Shown: positions 1-12,395 of the stretch, in pieces
Position numbering within the stretch: the first letter of the stretch is position 1
Layout: each line of letters opens with the position of its first letter
Origin: the human T2T-CHM13v2.0 reference genome, Homo sapiens
Direction: 5' to 3' (one strand)
Assembly (NCBI RefSeq): GCF_009914755.1
Contig: NC_060929.1
Length of the DNA stretch: 64,000 nucleotides
The notes under the pieces: generated by a model
Seen by the model: the letters and a program-made list of their open reading frames with translations, nothing else
Databases searched by the model: none
Told to the model about the DNA's origin: nothing
Made by a program: the position numbers and the translations under genes

Positions 1-42
1 CTCCATCTAAAAAAAAAAAAAAAAAAAAGAAGAAGAAGAAGA
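1..42 (+). mobile_element. 3' end of an Alu with its poly(A)/(GAA)n tail, cut by the window edge
   Basis: ctccatct followed by an A-run and gaa repeats, then L1 sequence begins. Confidence 0.7.
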
Positions 43-1970
43 ACAAAGTTGGAAGCGTCATACTCCCTAATTCCAAACTATATTACAAAGCTATAGTAAT
101 CAAAACAGTGAGGTACTGGCATAAAAACAGACACACAGAACAATGGAACAGAATAGAGATCCCAGAAATAAACCCTGCATATATAATCAGTTAGTCTTTG
201 ACAAGGGCATGAATAATATACAATGGGGAAATAATAGTCTCTTCAATAAATGTTCCTGGGAAAACTGGATGTTCATATGCAAAAGAATGAAATTGTATCC
301 ATATTTTATTACATACAATACAAAAATGTGCTTAAAAGAAATTAAAACATTAAACCACAAAACTCCTGGAAGAAAACAGGTGGAAAGCTTCTTGACACTG
401 GTCTTGGTGATTATTATTTTAATATGATACCAAAAGTGTAGGCAACAAAATAAAAAATAAATGGGACTACATCAGACTTAAAAGCTTTTGCACAGCAAAG
501 GAAACAATCAGCAAAATGAAATATTTTCTACATATGGATGATAGAAAATATTTGCAAACCATACATAGTTTTACCTTGGTATCCATGGGGGATTGGTTCA
601 ACCTTTCCCACCCTCTGCAGAAACCAAAATCTTCAGATGCTCAAGTCCTGCATATAAAATAGCATAGTATTTGCATATAACCTACATACATCCTCCTGCA
701 TACTTTAAATCATCTCTATGTTATTTATAATACTAATACTATGTAAACACTATGTAAATAATTATACTATATTACTTTTTAATTATTTTTATTGTTTTAT
801 TATGTTTTTTCAAATATTTTTGATTCTCAGATAATTGAATCCCTTGATGCATAACCCACAGATACAAAGGGCTGAGTGTACCTGATATGTTCAAAATACA
901 CAAAAAAATCCTACAACTCAATAGCAAACACTCCAATAACCCATTTTAAAAATAGGCAAGGGACTTGAATAGACATTTCTCCAAAGATGACATACAAATG
1001 GCCAAAAGGTATATAAAATGGTGTTCACCATCATTAATCACCAGGGAAATGTACATCAAAACCACAATGCGGTATCTTCTCACACCCATTAGGATGGTCA
1101 TAAAAAGTGTTGGTGACTATGTGGAGAATTGGGAACGCTTGTAGCACTGCGGTGAAAACGTAAATTGGTAACTCCATTATGGAAAACAGTATGAAGATTC
1201 CTCAAAAAATTAAAAATAGAGATACCATATGATCCAGCACTCTAATGTTTGGGTATATATCCAAAGGAAATGAAAGGAGCATGCTGAAGAGATGTCTGCA
1301 CTGTCGTCTTCATTGCAGCATTATTGACAATAGCCAAGGTATGGAACCAACCTAAGTGTCCATTGACAAATGAATTAATAGAGAAAATGTGGTGTATATA
1401 CAATGGAATATTATTCAACAGTAAAAAGAAAAACAAATCCTGCCATTTGAGAAAACATGGATAAACCTGGAGGACATTATGCTAACTGAAATAAACCAGA
1501 CACAGACAGCCAGATGCTGTATGATCTTGCTTATATGTGTAATCTAACATAGTTGAACTCATAGGAACAGAGAGTAGAATGGTGGTTGCCAGAATCTGGG
1601 ACATGGTAGAAATGGGGTAATGTTGGACACAGCATACTAACTTTCAGTTATAAGACAAATACATTATGGGGATTTAATATTGCAGCTTGGTGACAATAGA
1701 TAATAATACTGTATTGTTTAAGTTTGCTAAGAGAGTAAATGTTAAGTATCCTTAATACTTAATCCTTACCACACACACACACACACATATACACACACAT
1801 ACATACATAGAATAAGGTAACCATTTATAGGGATGGATGCATTGATTAATTTATTGTGGTAATCATTATACAATGTATACCTATATCAAGTCATCACATG
1901 TCTACCTCAAATATATACAATTTTTATTTATTATTTATACCTTAATAAAGCTGGGGAAACAAAAAACAAA
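43..1970 (+). mobile_element. Old L1 (L1MA8-L1MB range), ORF2 3' part and 3'UTR, interrupted by MER2
   Basis: ORF 143-427 resembles the L1 ORF2 segment ([10 protein letters not shown]...SLFNKCSWENW); L1M-type 3' end ...ccttaataaagctgggg followed by an A-rich tail. Confidence 0.85.
564..878 (+). mobile_element. MER2 non-autonomous TcMar-Tigger DNA transposon
   Basis: ggtatccatgggggattggttc...gatgctcaagtcc...gcatataacctac matches MER2; degenerate terminal inverted repeats; flanked by TA (562-563, 879-880); host L1 resumes afterwards. Confidence 0.85.
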
Positions 1971-2539
1971 ATATGCTTATCCTCTCAAAATAATAAAACA
2001 TTAGTCATTTATCAAGCCTTTAGATTTAACTAATAATTATAGAAAATTCAAAGGACAGGTTGAACAACACAATAGAGATACAATCAGCAAAATTGAACCT
2101 ATGAGAAACTCTGTAAGATGTATGACCCAGTTTTTTTTAAAAGGGTGCAGAGAGAAAGGATAGAAAGAGGAAATTTATAGTGTAAAAGAGAATTCAGACA
2201 CATAATGATTTCGATCTGTTAACCTTAGTTGCTACCATTTCATACCAAAAATTAAAATTATTTAATAAAATTGTTTTAAAAATCAGCTACATTTGATAAT
2301 AAGAAATTATTAGGAAATTTTTTAGGAAAATTTACAAGCATCTTAATGTTATTGAGGTAATTTTTAAAAGACTATTTTTAGATACATACTAAAGGACTTA
2401 CAGATGAAGAAATATTGTGTATTGAATTTGAAAATAATTGTAGAGGAAGGAAATATGGGTAAAGGTACAGATGAAACAAGAACTAGTTGTATATCGAGAA
2501 TTGTTAAAACTGGGTGATGAGTATTTAAGATGCATTATA

Positions 2540-2613
2540 TTAGGTTGGGCGAAAGCAATTGTGGTTTTTGCCATTAAATGGCAAAAAAACACAATTACTT
2601 TCGCGCCAACCAA
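2540..2613. mobile_element. MADE1 (Hsmar1-derived MITE)
   Basis: ttaggttgggcgaaagcaattgtggtttttgccatt aaatggcaaaaaaacacaattactttcgcgccaaccaa is a near-palindrome of two Hsmar1 TIRs, TA-flanked, inside an old L1 3' fragment. Confidence 0.9.
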
Positions 2614-4104
2614 TTACTATTCTCTGTACTTTTGCATATATTTGAAATTCTCAACTACGTATTTTTAAGTATAAAAATGTATAATAATTTTCTCCTTTAG
2701 TTTACAGAAGGAGAAATAAGGTGCTGTGCAAAAAGGAGGTATCCCTGCAAGCAGAAGAGTCACCAAAGTAAAACAGTGTTTGCATCACCATTTTACCTAA
2801 GGCTGGCTCTAAAACTAGGGTTAAGCAATATGTCCCCCATGCCCTATGAGAAGGCTGAGAAAACTAATTAAAACAAATTCATAAATTGCTAAGTATTCCT
2901 CAGAGATAGACGCTTGTATACTCAACACATAATAATGATGATAATGATGATACAGGATATTAAGGTTATGTGGCACTGCTCCATAATAGAAATTTTTCCC
3001 ATTGTTCTGTGCTGTAAACATGATGATGCATAGGTCTAATCCAACCATTAAGTATCCATTAACCTTTTAACAATTAAGTGCTTCTTTTCTTTTTTCCTGA
3101 AACTAAGCAGGAGAAAATGTTATCCCTTATAAAATAACATTTAACAAAAATCTATTACCATATCCAATTTCAAATAAACAGCAAGTTTCCAAGAATTTAA
3201 TAAGCTATTGCTTTACATAGTTAGCATACAGCACCTCAGGACTGCATTTTAAATACATTCATTTCTAGAACTCAAATTCAGGGCTTTAGACTTTTTATTT
3301 TCCCTTCAAGTTTATAAAGAAATTTTTCATCTTTCTGGATTTTGAAAATATTAAAATGCTAGACCTTCACAATAAAAGGTGCATAGAATTTCTATTAAAA
3401 ACTATATACTTAACTATGTGTTCCTTTGCCACATGTTGGCCTCTGAACATTATTTTCTAGGTTAGTTATAGTATGATTTTTCAAAACGTCACCTTCAGTT
3501 ACCACCCCAAACAATGAAAACTGAAATCAGTTCTCAATGATTTGATTTGTTATCATGGGTCTTCTTGAAGGATAGAATAACAAATCATGCCAAACCTCAA
3601 GGCAACGTGTGTTTTGTAAGTTAAATTACAAATACCAGGGAATAAAAGTATATTTGCATCACGTAGGAATGATTAACTGCTGCTTAGATGACACAAAACG
3701 ATTGAAAATGGAATAATCACTGTCATCAATATGGACATAAGATATAAGATATAGTTAAATATCAGAAAAATCTCAACTATTGGATATTTTCATTTAAAAA
3801 TCTAGCCAATAATTTCCTGTCCATACCATAAATAAATAACTGGCAAACTGCTTTCTCAGTTTTGTTACCACACATACCTACACTACTTTAACTTTACTAT
3901 GCTTAATATTTAATGTAAAATACATAATCCCATTCTATGTCACTGTCTGATAGGCTTTCAGGGTTGGCAGTAACTTTAAATGTCATCTACTTCAGTATTT
4001 CCCTTGTTTCATGACCCTCTACTTATATTGTTAATTACTTTTTCCTACAGCACTGACAAGTAGACCATGATTCTATGTTTGAATATCTCCAATTATGAAA
4101 TCTA

Positions 4105-4213
4105 CAAATATTTAATTAGCTCCTACTACATGGCAGGCACTGATTTAGGTGCTCTGATATAGCTGTAAACAAAATTGACAAAGATCTCTGCTCTCAAAGA
4201 GCATATATTCTAG
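4105..4213 (-). mobile_element. L2 3' fragment
   Basis: tactacatggcaggcactg...ggtgct...aacaaaa...ctctgctctcaaagagcatatattctag is a typical antisense L2 3' end. Confidence 0.6.
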
Positions 4214-5687
4214 CTGCTCCTGGAATGGAATTCACCACTCGCAACCTGTTTTGCCACATTTATTCAGTTAAGAGTGGCTGAGTACAAACATTGTCAGAAA
4301 CTCTTCTCGGTACTGATGAACAAAAGATGAATAAAATAGCCAGTCTCAAGTCACTATAAGATAGTTATTCTATATGGTTAATGGAAATATGTTTTCTTAT
4401 TATTAATACCAGTGTTTAACATTTTGGGGACACAAAGATTGGGTCTAATTGCTCTGCCCTATGAAAGCTCTCCAGATATATTTATATCTCTCCAACCCCA
4501 ACCTTGTTTTACAGGCCATGAATTCCCCAGTCCTTTTTTATCCCCCCGGGTGTTAGCACCCCGATTGCTATAGGCACCAGAAATTTAAAGTAAATGAGTA
4601 AAGTGGTCTGAGAGGAACACAAACACAGGATCACACACCCTCACAGTAGCAAGAGTAAATCCCAGAAATCTATATTTAATGAGACATCTACTAATTTTGA
4701 AACATCTGCCGCAAATTCAAATTTCTAAAAACCCCATATGGGCCATTTAGAACACATCTGAAGGCCATAAGTTTGGAACCACAGCTTTAGGTATTCTTCA
4801 CGTGACACAGTTTGGACTCATCTTTCCATGAGGATTGCAAGTTTTAGGTGTACACTACTTCTCAAAGTTCTTAAAGTGAATTGCCCAGGATTGGGGTCAT
4901 AGCTCTAGCTATGGGAGAAGCAACATAAATTTACAGCCAAATCATTACCTTTTCTATTCTAAACCCAGTTCTATTCATGAAACCCAAGAATGAATGAATA
5001 TTTGGGGGAAATAATGTCATATTATTGATTTATGCTTCTGTAACTACCACCTAAACCTACAGTTGTTATTAAACTATGTCTCACCTTTGCTCCTATTGCT
5101 CCTCAAACAACATTAGTTCCTACTTCTCTCTGGTGTTTTAGACTTTATATTTTCATTTTAGTATTTTGTCTTATTATATTTACCTCTCCCATTTAGTCTG
5201 TCAAGTAATTTTGTATGCTGATTTTGTTAACAGCCATATTAGTGGTTCCTGCCATTTTTATTTCATCTGTGGATTAGCTCCTTATGCCATTAATACCACC
5301 CTCAAAATTAACAATGAAAATGGTGAACAGGAAATGTGAAGACCAAATCCTTCAGCCAATTACTAGAGGTCTCTCTCTAAACATTGATTCATGAATACAG
5401 GCATTCAGCTGTTACTCTGCCTAACAGTATCATCAACTGCCTTCCTACATCTTAAGCATAAGTTCATCATGGAAGGTTTTTATCAAACGTTGAAATTCAG
5501 ATAGACAGGGGGAGCAGCACTCCTCAGATACACTGGTCTTATGGGAAAAGTAAGTTATTTAATCTGATATGCTTTACTATTAGTGACCTAATACAAGCTC
5601 CAGGTGATCATCACTTTCCTTTCTAAAGGCTCACAAGATTTTTTTTTAAGATCCATTGAAGAACTTTTCCTAAGATTAATCAATTGA

Positions 5688-6390
5688 TTGATTCATTCAT
5701 TCAATAATTATTTATCGAGTGCCTATATTAGGCACTGGAAATACAGTAGTGTGACAATGACAAACATTCCTGCCTTCATAGAATTTCACTAGTGTAGGGG
5801 AAGAGAAAATAAACAGTATAAACAAGTGAGCTATATAGAATGTTAGCGTCATGTGTTTAGGATATAAAAAGCACTAAAGTAGATAGAATGTGTTAAAATC
5901 AGATCAAGTTAGAAAAATTTTTTAAAGTTTATTGAGCATACAAAAGGACAGTTTGCAAACCAGGGACCTCAAATCAAAAGTGGTAAGAAGCTCTGTTCAC
6001 AGCATTTAAAATGCAGCTTATAAAGCATAATTAAGGAACTGCATCTGTCTTCGCTGTGGTTGGCTATCATAAACTTATATTCCTTTTAGGACAAGTAAAA
6101 CTGTTTAAGCTGATTTGTCTGCAGCTGATTGGTTTAATTTTACTGAGTCATGTTGACAAGGATGAAAAGCTCACATTTCACGTTTTGTTTATGGTTAGAC
6201 CTAGTATTTTGGAGAAAATTGAGATAATTTAAATTTTGGTTATGTGGCTAATGGCAGTTGGTCTTGGAGTATGTACATTGTGGCCTCTATTTTTTTTAAA
6301 CAAAAGTCTATAGAATGGGGAGTAATTTTAGATAGGGATCCATGAGAAGCCTCTGTGAAAGTAACATTTGCAAAAAGAACTAAAAGAAAT
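5688..6390 (-). mobile_element. L2 fragment, interrupted by a solo LTR
   Basis: attcattcattcaa...tttatcgagtgcctat L2 tail; L2-like sequence resumes after 6302. Confidence 0.6.
5891..6302 (-). mobile_element. Probable solo LTR (ERV-like; family not assigned)
   Basis: TG...CA ends with short inverted termini (tgttaaaa / tttaaaca); antisense AATAAA near 5928; approximate 4-bp TSD aatg/aaag; interrupts an L2. Confidence 0.5.
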
Positions 6391-6489
6391 ACAATTAATG
6401 TCCTACTCCCTAAGGACATAAGTGGGGAGAATTCACTTTCCTCTTCTTCCTGAAAATTAGAATAACTCAATCCCATCTCTAATATACTG

Positions 6490-6650
6490 TTACGTATTTC
6501 CTCAAAGCCACTGGCAAGTTATTTAACTTTTATATGTCTACTCATTTGTAGAACAGGCATGAAAATAGTGCCCACCGCATGCAGTAATTGTGAAGATTCA
6601 GTGAGATAAAGCACATAGTTTGCAACAGTGCAAACACTTGCAAAGCACAA
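6490..6650 (+). mobile_element. MIR
   Basis: ggcaagttatttaac...ctcatttgtagaa...ttgtgaagattcagtgagataa is the MIR core. Confidence 0.65.
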
Positions 6651-7919
6651 TGTATTCTGAAACATGTTTCTCTAATGCAAATACATTCATACAAAATTGA
6701 TAAATTAGGGGTACATGTCAATATACCATGGACATTTTGTGGATTCAGATGTGATTTTCCCCAGCACATTATGTTTTCACAAAGTAAAAATCAGTCAAAT
6801 GCAAATACACAAAAAAGTTTATCACTCCCCAGGGGTGGTATGTGGTACTGCACATGACATCTGTGTACCCCTCATACTTCCTCTTGCCTCATTTTGGCCA
6901 CAGGCTTTGTGTTCATAAAGCCTATTGCATGGAACACTCGATTCTTTGTGCATTTTGCTCTTGTCTTATGGTGAAATGTTGTATTTGTTTCAAATATTAT
7001 GATGCAGACTGAATATCTTCTACAACATAGGATAGCTATCTAATGTGCAATTTTGAGATTATCTTTAGTTCTAAATCATTTTTATTTTACTCAATTTTAT
7101 AGGTAGTAATGATTTTTTAAACCTTTGTAGTAAACACTAGTAAAGCATTCAGTTATTGGTATTATCTAAAATAAACTCAAACTAAAACCTCTTAATAACT
7201 TCTCACTTACATCAACAACAGTAAAAAGTGTGTTCTGCATGGCACAAAGGCCATGCATATGTGAGATGAAAATGAATTGTATCACTTCACAGGAGAAATT
7301 TATCTCAACCTGCACTGTTTCTCAGGAGAGGACTGATGCAAACACAGTGCTAATAAAGACAAGATTGTAATTCTGATTCCTTACCAGTCCCTGCCAGCTT
7401 CACTGAGGAAAACAGGTCTGCAAACACAAAAGGCCCCATTAGTTCCAGCAATCACTTCAGAAAAGATGTCATTTTTCATAGAGAATTTCAAACAAAAGAA
7501 CATGGACAGCTCCTCCTAAGTGGTCAGCACTATTGAGAGTGAGAAATGGAGCTCCAGAAAGGGCATGTTCTGCTGATGGGTGGGTCAAAGACCTATGCAT
7601 AGATTCCTCATTTGAATATCTATGTGGCATGAGAGGAAAAGACAAGGTGCAGGATTTAGCCTGTGGCAGTAGTTTGCTGACACCTGTCCTAGACTGTTAC
7701 TAGATGAGAACAAATAATACTTGGCAAAAACGAGAAGTCTGGTTAAAAATGACTGTTATTCGTGAGTGCTGGGAAAAGCGACACACATTTGCAAAAGTTT
7801 TTGTAACAACGTTTACTTCTATACATTTCTTAATTTTATGCCAAAGAGACCATATTACACAAAGTTTTTATTAAGCCCTGTCTTTTCTACTGATACTATA
7901 TTGACATTAAAAACAGCAG

Positions 7920-8048
7920 TCTATGCATAGGTCCTTTTCTGCTGTTGTACCACATGGCAGTTTAGTATTTGTAGCAGAAATGATGTGGCCCACAAAGCTG
8001 GAAATATTTACTACCAGGCCATTTACAGTAAAAGTATGCTGACCCTTG
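7920..8048. mobile_element. MER58-like hAT-Charlie fragment
   Basis: tggcccacaaagctggaaatatttacta...catttacagtaaaagtatgctgacccttg resembles a MER58 terminus. Confidence 0.65.
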
Positions 8049-9130
8049 CTCTAGGACATAAAGAAGCAGCAGAGCAAAATATGGAGACCCTGTTTCCTAA
8101 TTAATAACTCGGTCATCAAAAATCTTAATTACAGCAATTCTTAAAAAGTGGTTCTAATTGACAGTTATGTTCTCCTCAGACTCAGGATCCACAAAGGAAC
8201 CGGGTAGTGGAGAAATAAAGGCTCTCATAGACATTAAAAATCCATTCTAAATATGTAGATGCTATAGATCTTCAGGCTACTGACCATGACAGCCACTAAC
8301 CGAGACATCACTATCACAGTGGTGCATGAAAGTAGGACTCATATAAATTGGACTATAGGTAGAAATGCTGTGTGCTGACTCACTGCCAAGAATCTCAGAA
8401 AAGCTATAAAAATGAACAATAATATATAAAAATAAGTCAGATCTAAAAATTACTCCCTATCAATGCCTAAGATACATTCATAATTGAAATCTTTAAAAGA
8501 AATTAATTGAACTTTTTAATGGGCCGAATGAGAAGGAAAAGAAACTATCCTCCCAACAAGAACTGCATGAGTGCATGCTACTTTTTCCTTTTAATGTATT
8601 TCTTTTGAATGCCACTCTAAATTTCTCCTTTTTAATCAAGAAACTCTACTTTTCTTAAACATGACTTTAAATGATTTCATTTTATTCTATTCAGAATTTT
8701 CAATGGAAAACGAAAGTACAATGTGACTTTATAAGAGAGCATAAGCTTTCAGACTGAAATAATAATCAGCATGAGGAAAGATAAGATGCTCAGAATGATT
8801 CAGAAAAAATCCTGACTTCTGCAACTGAGACATAGGAGTACCGGCAATTCCGATTTCCCTCTGGGTAGGAACCATTCAAGGAAGACGACTGCTATAACCA
8901 AAAAAAATGGACTATTCTACAGATGGAACAAAAGATGGCAGAGATAGCATCATTTTTTTGAACTGTGTGAGTACTACAAATGCCATCGACAGCTTCATAG
9001 CCTGACAGTTTCTGTGTGGGAGTCCCCTTTTTAGGAAAACATCATATTCTCAAGAAGTTAAAGATTAGATCATTGAAATAATTGAAGGAACAACCTGAAT
9101 CCCATGAAAATTTAAAGGGGTTCTGATGCA

Positions 9131-9669
9131 TGTCAGGAGCTACCAATTTGCTGCCATCGTATTCTAACCAGATGTCTTTTTCCACCTATGGCTCAAGATC
9201 TGCCCACATGCTGTGAACAAGTTTTACTTTTGGCTATAATTATGTTTGGAGACAATGGCTCCAAACTACCAAATTTTTCTCTTGCCTCTGCGCCCCATAG
9301 CTATTTGTCTCAACATACTGGGTATATCTAATTCTTGTTTTCCTGGATTTCTTGCCTGTGTCCCTGATTTCTGCTCTCTGACTCCATAAGCTTCTATATC
9401 TGGTTTAGATTCATGAGTGCCCTGACTCCGCTTTTTTGGACCCCGTATAATCCTGACTTATTTTCTGGTTCCAAACTTCACCATCACTGTGTGTTCTCAT
9501 ATAACTGTGATCCCTGATCTCAAACTTCCACCTCTCCCAAGGCCAACAGCTTTTGGCCAAGAACTAATAGTATCTAACACCAACCTTTCTTCTCAACTTT
9601 TAACCTTTTTACCTTTAATCACCTTGAGCTATGCAAGCGCTGATTTCTGATTACAACCTGGTCCTGATA
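9131..9669. mobile_element. Candidate ancient solo LTR (Gypsy-type, MamRep605-like)
   Basis: Inverted termini tgtcagga (9131-9138) / tcctgata (9662-9669); pyrimidine-rich body with recurring cctga motifs. Confidence 0.4.
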
Positions 9670-9967
9670 TGATAAAACCACAGTTAGTCCATTCAAAACC
9701 TAACTGCTGGTCTGCCAAGTACACCATTAAAACATAGTAGCCATTGTTAAGTACCACTGTGAGTACCTCGTGTGTGTGTGTATGCATATGTGTGTACAGT
9801 TGTCACAAAGATCTAGTAGCATCTGTGTCATGTTTTCTATTTTACAAGCAGCAAATAAGAATCCCAGAAGCACAGCAATTTGCCCTAAGTTATACTACTA
9901 GTAAAAGGTACAAGAAGTTGACAAATTTATTTCTGTCCAGCTACCAAACTACTCTGTGTGAGAGATT

Positions 9968-10665
<698 letters not shown>

Positions 10666-10669
10666 TCCA

Positions 10670-11589
10670 ACTCAGGACTTGCTGGCTTAGAAAATAATAT
10701 TATTTCTCATTCTCAACCCCTCCAGATGGCAGAAGGTTTTCAGAGTAAAAAATGGTCTCTGATCAAATCAAGTACTGCTAGTACAATGTGGCCTCAGGGT
10801 AAATATCAAGTCAAGAATGTGGTAGTAAGATACCTCTTAAAACCCTTATAAGTTCCACTCTGCTAGGAGACAAGGGTGATTAAACTCTTAAAAACGTTAC
10901 TGCACAGGATTCTGACTCTCAGTCTAAAGAAGAAAAGTGTCTGTCTTAAAGAGACTTGGGGAAATAGCTTTCGCCCAATGGAATGGAATATAACTGGATA
11001 CATTAGAAAATTACAAAGTTTAAAAAGAAGCTGTGCCACCTTGGAAGAAAAGGGAGAGTGACAGGACAAAATGAAAAGAAGATTTTAGGCCTCCAAACCT
11101 TTAATGGAATAAATAGTCTCACAAAGTGACTCCGTTTGCGAATGAGGGCCATTTCTTACAGAAAAGGAAGGTTAACTTAGAGGAGAGAGTCAACAGGCAC
11201 TGAAAACAATGGAATAGAAATCCACATCCAGAGAACAGGATCCTTTTCAGGAAACCTAGATTTGAGGGAATTGGTAACATGTTCCCAGCTGGATCTCAGA
11301 ATTTTTATGAAGCACCGATTGCTATGTGCCTCTCATTTCCCTCCTTTTGAATGGCTGACTTTCTTGCTAGCGATACAACAATCCCTGTCTCATCAATGTA
11401 TGTTGCAGGGAAGGGGGATTACACAGAAGGTATCATTTTAGGTACAAGTATCTAGATAAAGAGGGAACATCAACTTTAAATATACCCAATTTAGATTATG
11501 TGATTTTGGACCTTGAAGCTGGGCCCAGCACTGTAATGTGATGAGACTTTCTGAAAAGGGACAAGAAGTGCTGTGGCCAGAGGGAAGAT
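10670..11589 (+). mobile_element. Probable MaLR (MLT1) internal sequence
   Basis: Lies between two MLT1 LTRs and ends in a purine-rich PPT-like tract (ggccagagggaaga) just before the second LTR's TG. Confidence 0.45.
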
Positions 11590-12193
11590 TGTGATAGCTA
11601 GTCTCCAACTATTCCCCTCATCCCTGCCCACATATGCTATTCCTCACACCATGAAGTAGGTTGTAGTTTTCTTCCCCTTAGCTATGAGCTAGACCTGTGA
11701 CTTTCTTTCACCAATAGAATGCAACAGTAATGATATCCCGGGACTCCTGAGCCCAGGTCTGACAGACCCACTTGCTCTCCCTGGGAAGCCAGCTGCTATG
11801 CTGTAAAGAAGCCCAAGCTTCTTTGGGCTAAATGATGAGACACTACACAGAGAGTATGATGATTAACTTTATATGTCAGCTTGGCTAGCCCATGGTACTT
11901 GGATATTTGGTCAAACATATCTATATTGCCGTGAAACTATTTTTTAGATGAGATTAATCAGTAAATGAGTAAAATAGAGTACCCTCCATAATGTGGATGG
12001 GCCTCACTCAAAGAATTGAAGGCCTTAAGAGCAACAATAACAAAAACAACTGATGTTCTCAAAGGAAGAGGGAAATCTGCCAGTTGATAGCCTTCGGATT
12101 TGAGTTGCAAAATCCACTCCTTGGGTCTTCAGTCTGCTGGACCATCCTGCACGTTTTGGACTCACCAACTTCCATGACCAAATGAACCAATTC

Positions 12194-12300
12194 TTTTTTT
12201 TTTTTTTTTGAGACAGAGTCTTACTCAGTCACCCAGGCTGGAGTGCAGTGGCACGATCTCGGCTCACTGCAAGCTCTGCCTCCTGGGTTCACGCCATTCT
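12194..12300 (-). mobile_element. Severely 5'-truncated AluY-type element
   Basis: Poly(T) plus the last ~90 nt of Alu with ctgcaagctc and ttcacgccattct (Y diagnostics); inserted at an EN-type site ttctt/aaaa; short TSD attctt. Confidence 0.8.
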
Positions 12301-12315
12301 TAAAATAATCTCTGT

Positions 12316-12347
<32 letters not shown>

Positions 12348-12395
12348 TGTGTGTGTTTGTGTGTGTGTATACATACATATATATACACATACACA

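Noticed and set aside
8900-9300. Faint resemblance to Gypsy pol motifs (FLG..., LASAP)
   Set aside because: The motifs are scattered over different frames with stops and overlap the putative LTR; they are not distinguishable from chance.
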